This document shows, in pieces, positions 15,879 to 16,562 of a DNA stretch of 16,562 bases; position 1 is the stretch's first letter; every line of letters begins with the position of its first letter. The stretch is from positions 1 through 16,562 of the forward strand of contig JALVPN010000062.1 in NCBI GenBank assembly GCA_027031765.1. Direction: 5' to 3'. This DNA comes from Promethearchaeota archaeon. GTDB taxonomy: Archaea > Asgardarchaeota > Thorarchaeia > Thorarchaeales > Thorarchaeaceae. The position numbers and the translations under genes were made by a program. A model generated the notes under the pieces. It was not told where the DNA came from. It did not search any database and saw only the letters and a list, made by a program, of their open reading frames with translations.

Positions 15879-16562
15879 CCCCACCAGTACGGTCGTCACC
15901 GCCGGTGTCGTCGCAGTCCTCTTCTCCCCAGGGTGGCATTCCAAGGAGGGGACGCAGGTACCGCCCAGTGTACGACCTGCGACACTCGGCCACTTCCTCT
16001 GGCGTGCCCTCTGCAACGACGTAGCCCCCCTCGTCCCCACCCTCGGGCCCGAGGTCGATCACCCAGTCTGCGGTCTTGACCACATCCAGCTGGTGCTCGA
16101 TGACCAGCACTGTGTTCCCCATGTCCACCAGCCTGTGGAGGACCTCGAGGAGCTTCTTTATGTCTGCAAAGTGGAGGCCGGTGGTGGGCTCGTCGAGCAT
16201 GATGAGTGTCCGTCCCGTGGCAGGACGTGAGAGGAACTTGCTGAGCTTGAGCCTCTGTGCCTCGCCGCCCGAGAGCGTCGTTGCCGGCTGGCCCAGCTGT
16301 ACGTATCCCATGCCCACATCGTACAGAGTCTTCAGGCGTCTGTAGACCGGTGGTATGTCCCTGAAGAACTCCAGCGCCTCGTCCACACGCATTGCAAGGA
16401 CATCGGCAATGTTCTTCCCCTTGTAACGTACCTGCAGGGTCTCACGGTTGTACCTCCGGCCCCTGCACTCACTGCATGTCACCTGTACCGGTGGCAGGAA
16501 CTGCATCTCGATGACCTCGACGCCTGCACCCTTGCACTTCTCGCACCGCCCGCCCCTGACAT
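15868..16562 (-). CDS. uvrA: Second UvrA paralogue, C-terminal part (5' end outside the window)
   Basis: The frame is open from the window edge: [37 protein letters not shown], then [32 protein letters not shown] and DLGPEGG. It has its own TAG at 15868-15870. Confidence 0.93.
   Translation of the reverse strand, partial: VRGGRCEKCKGAGVEVIEMQFLPPVQVTCSECRGRRYNRETLQVRYKGKNIADVLAMRVDEALEFFRDIPPVYRRLKTLYDVGMGYVQLGQPATTLSGGEAQRLKLSKFLSRPATGRTLIMLDEPTTGLHFADIKKLLEVLHRLVDMGNTVLVIEHQLDVVKTADWVIDLGPEGGDEGGYVVAEGTPEEVAECRRSYTGRYLRPLLGMPPWGEEDCDDTGGDDRTGGGGA

Noticed and set aside
15879-16040. 54-aa N-terminal extension of UvrA in the ORF track, or a possible frameshifted single fused uvrA
   Set aside because: The extension is the alternative frame of the upstream uvrA's 3' end. 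Both genes have their own complete termini, so neither an extension nor a frameshift is needed.
1-16562. Search for tRNA, rRNA, CRISPR arrays, transposases or integrases
   Set aside because: No cloverleaf with a T-loop motif, no regularly spaced repeats and no recombinase or transposase motifs were seen by eye.

Overview
GC-rich archaeal chromosomal window. The archaeal call rests on TTATA-type promoter boxes, short or leaderless 5' ends and an archaeal RecJ/Cdc45 (GAN-like) gene; an Asgard/Thorarchaeia-like origin is only an inference from gene style. It carries about 19 coding regions. Left to right: a partial membrane protein; an NYN/LabA-DUF88 ribonuclease with a structured leader; a decaying unit (membrane protein with a probable frameshift plus a 39-codon nitroreductase stub); a MazG-like pyrophosphatase; a nitrilase-family hydrolase; a membrane protein; a 33-aa Asp/Glu/Trp micropeptide; MTA phosphorylase; a purine-type phosphoribosyltransferase; a PRMT-like SAM methyltransferase; a TPR plus Zn-ribbon protein followed by a Nudix hydrolase; a membrane protein; a DHH/DHHA1 RecJ-Cdc45 nuclease; a small tail-anchored protein; and two tandem, overlapping, divergent uvrA paralogues (the upstream copy runs off the window). 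I found no CRISPR array, tRNA, rRNA or transposase. The strongest leads are the PRMT-like methyltransferase with an intact double-E loop, the tandem uvrA pair and the acidic micropeptide. No complete new multi-gene system can be demonstrated from this window alone.
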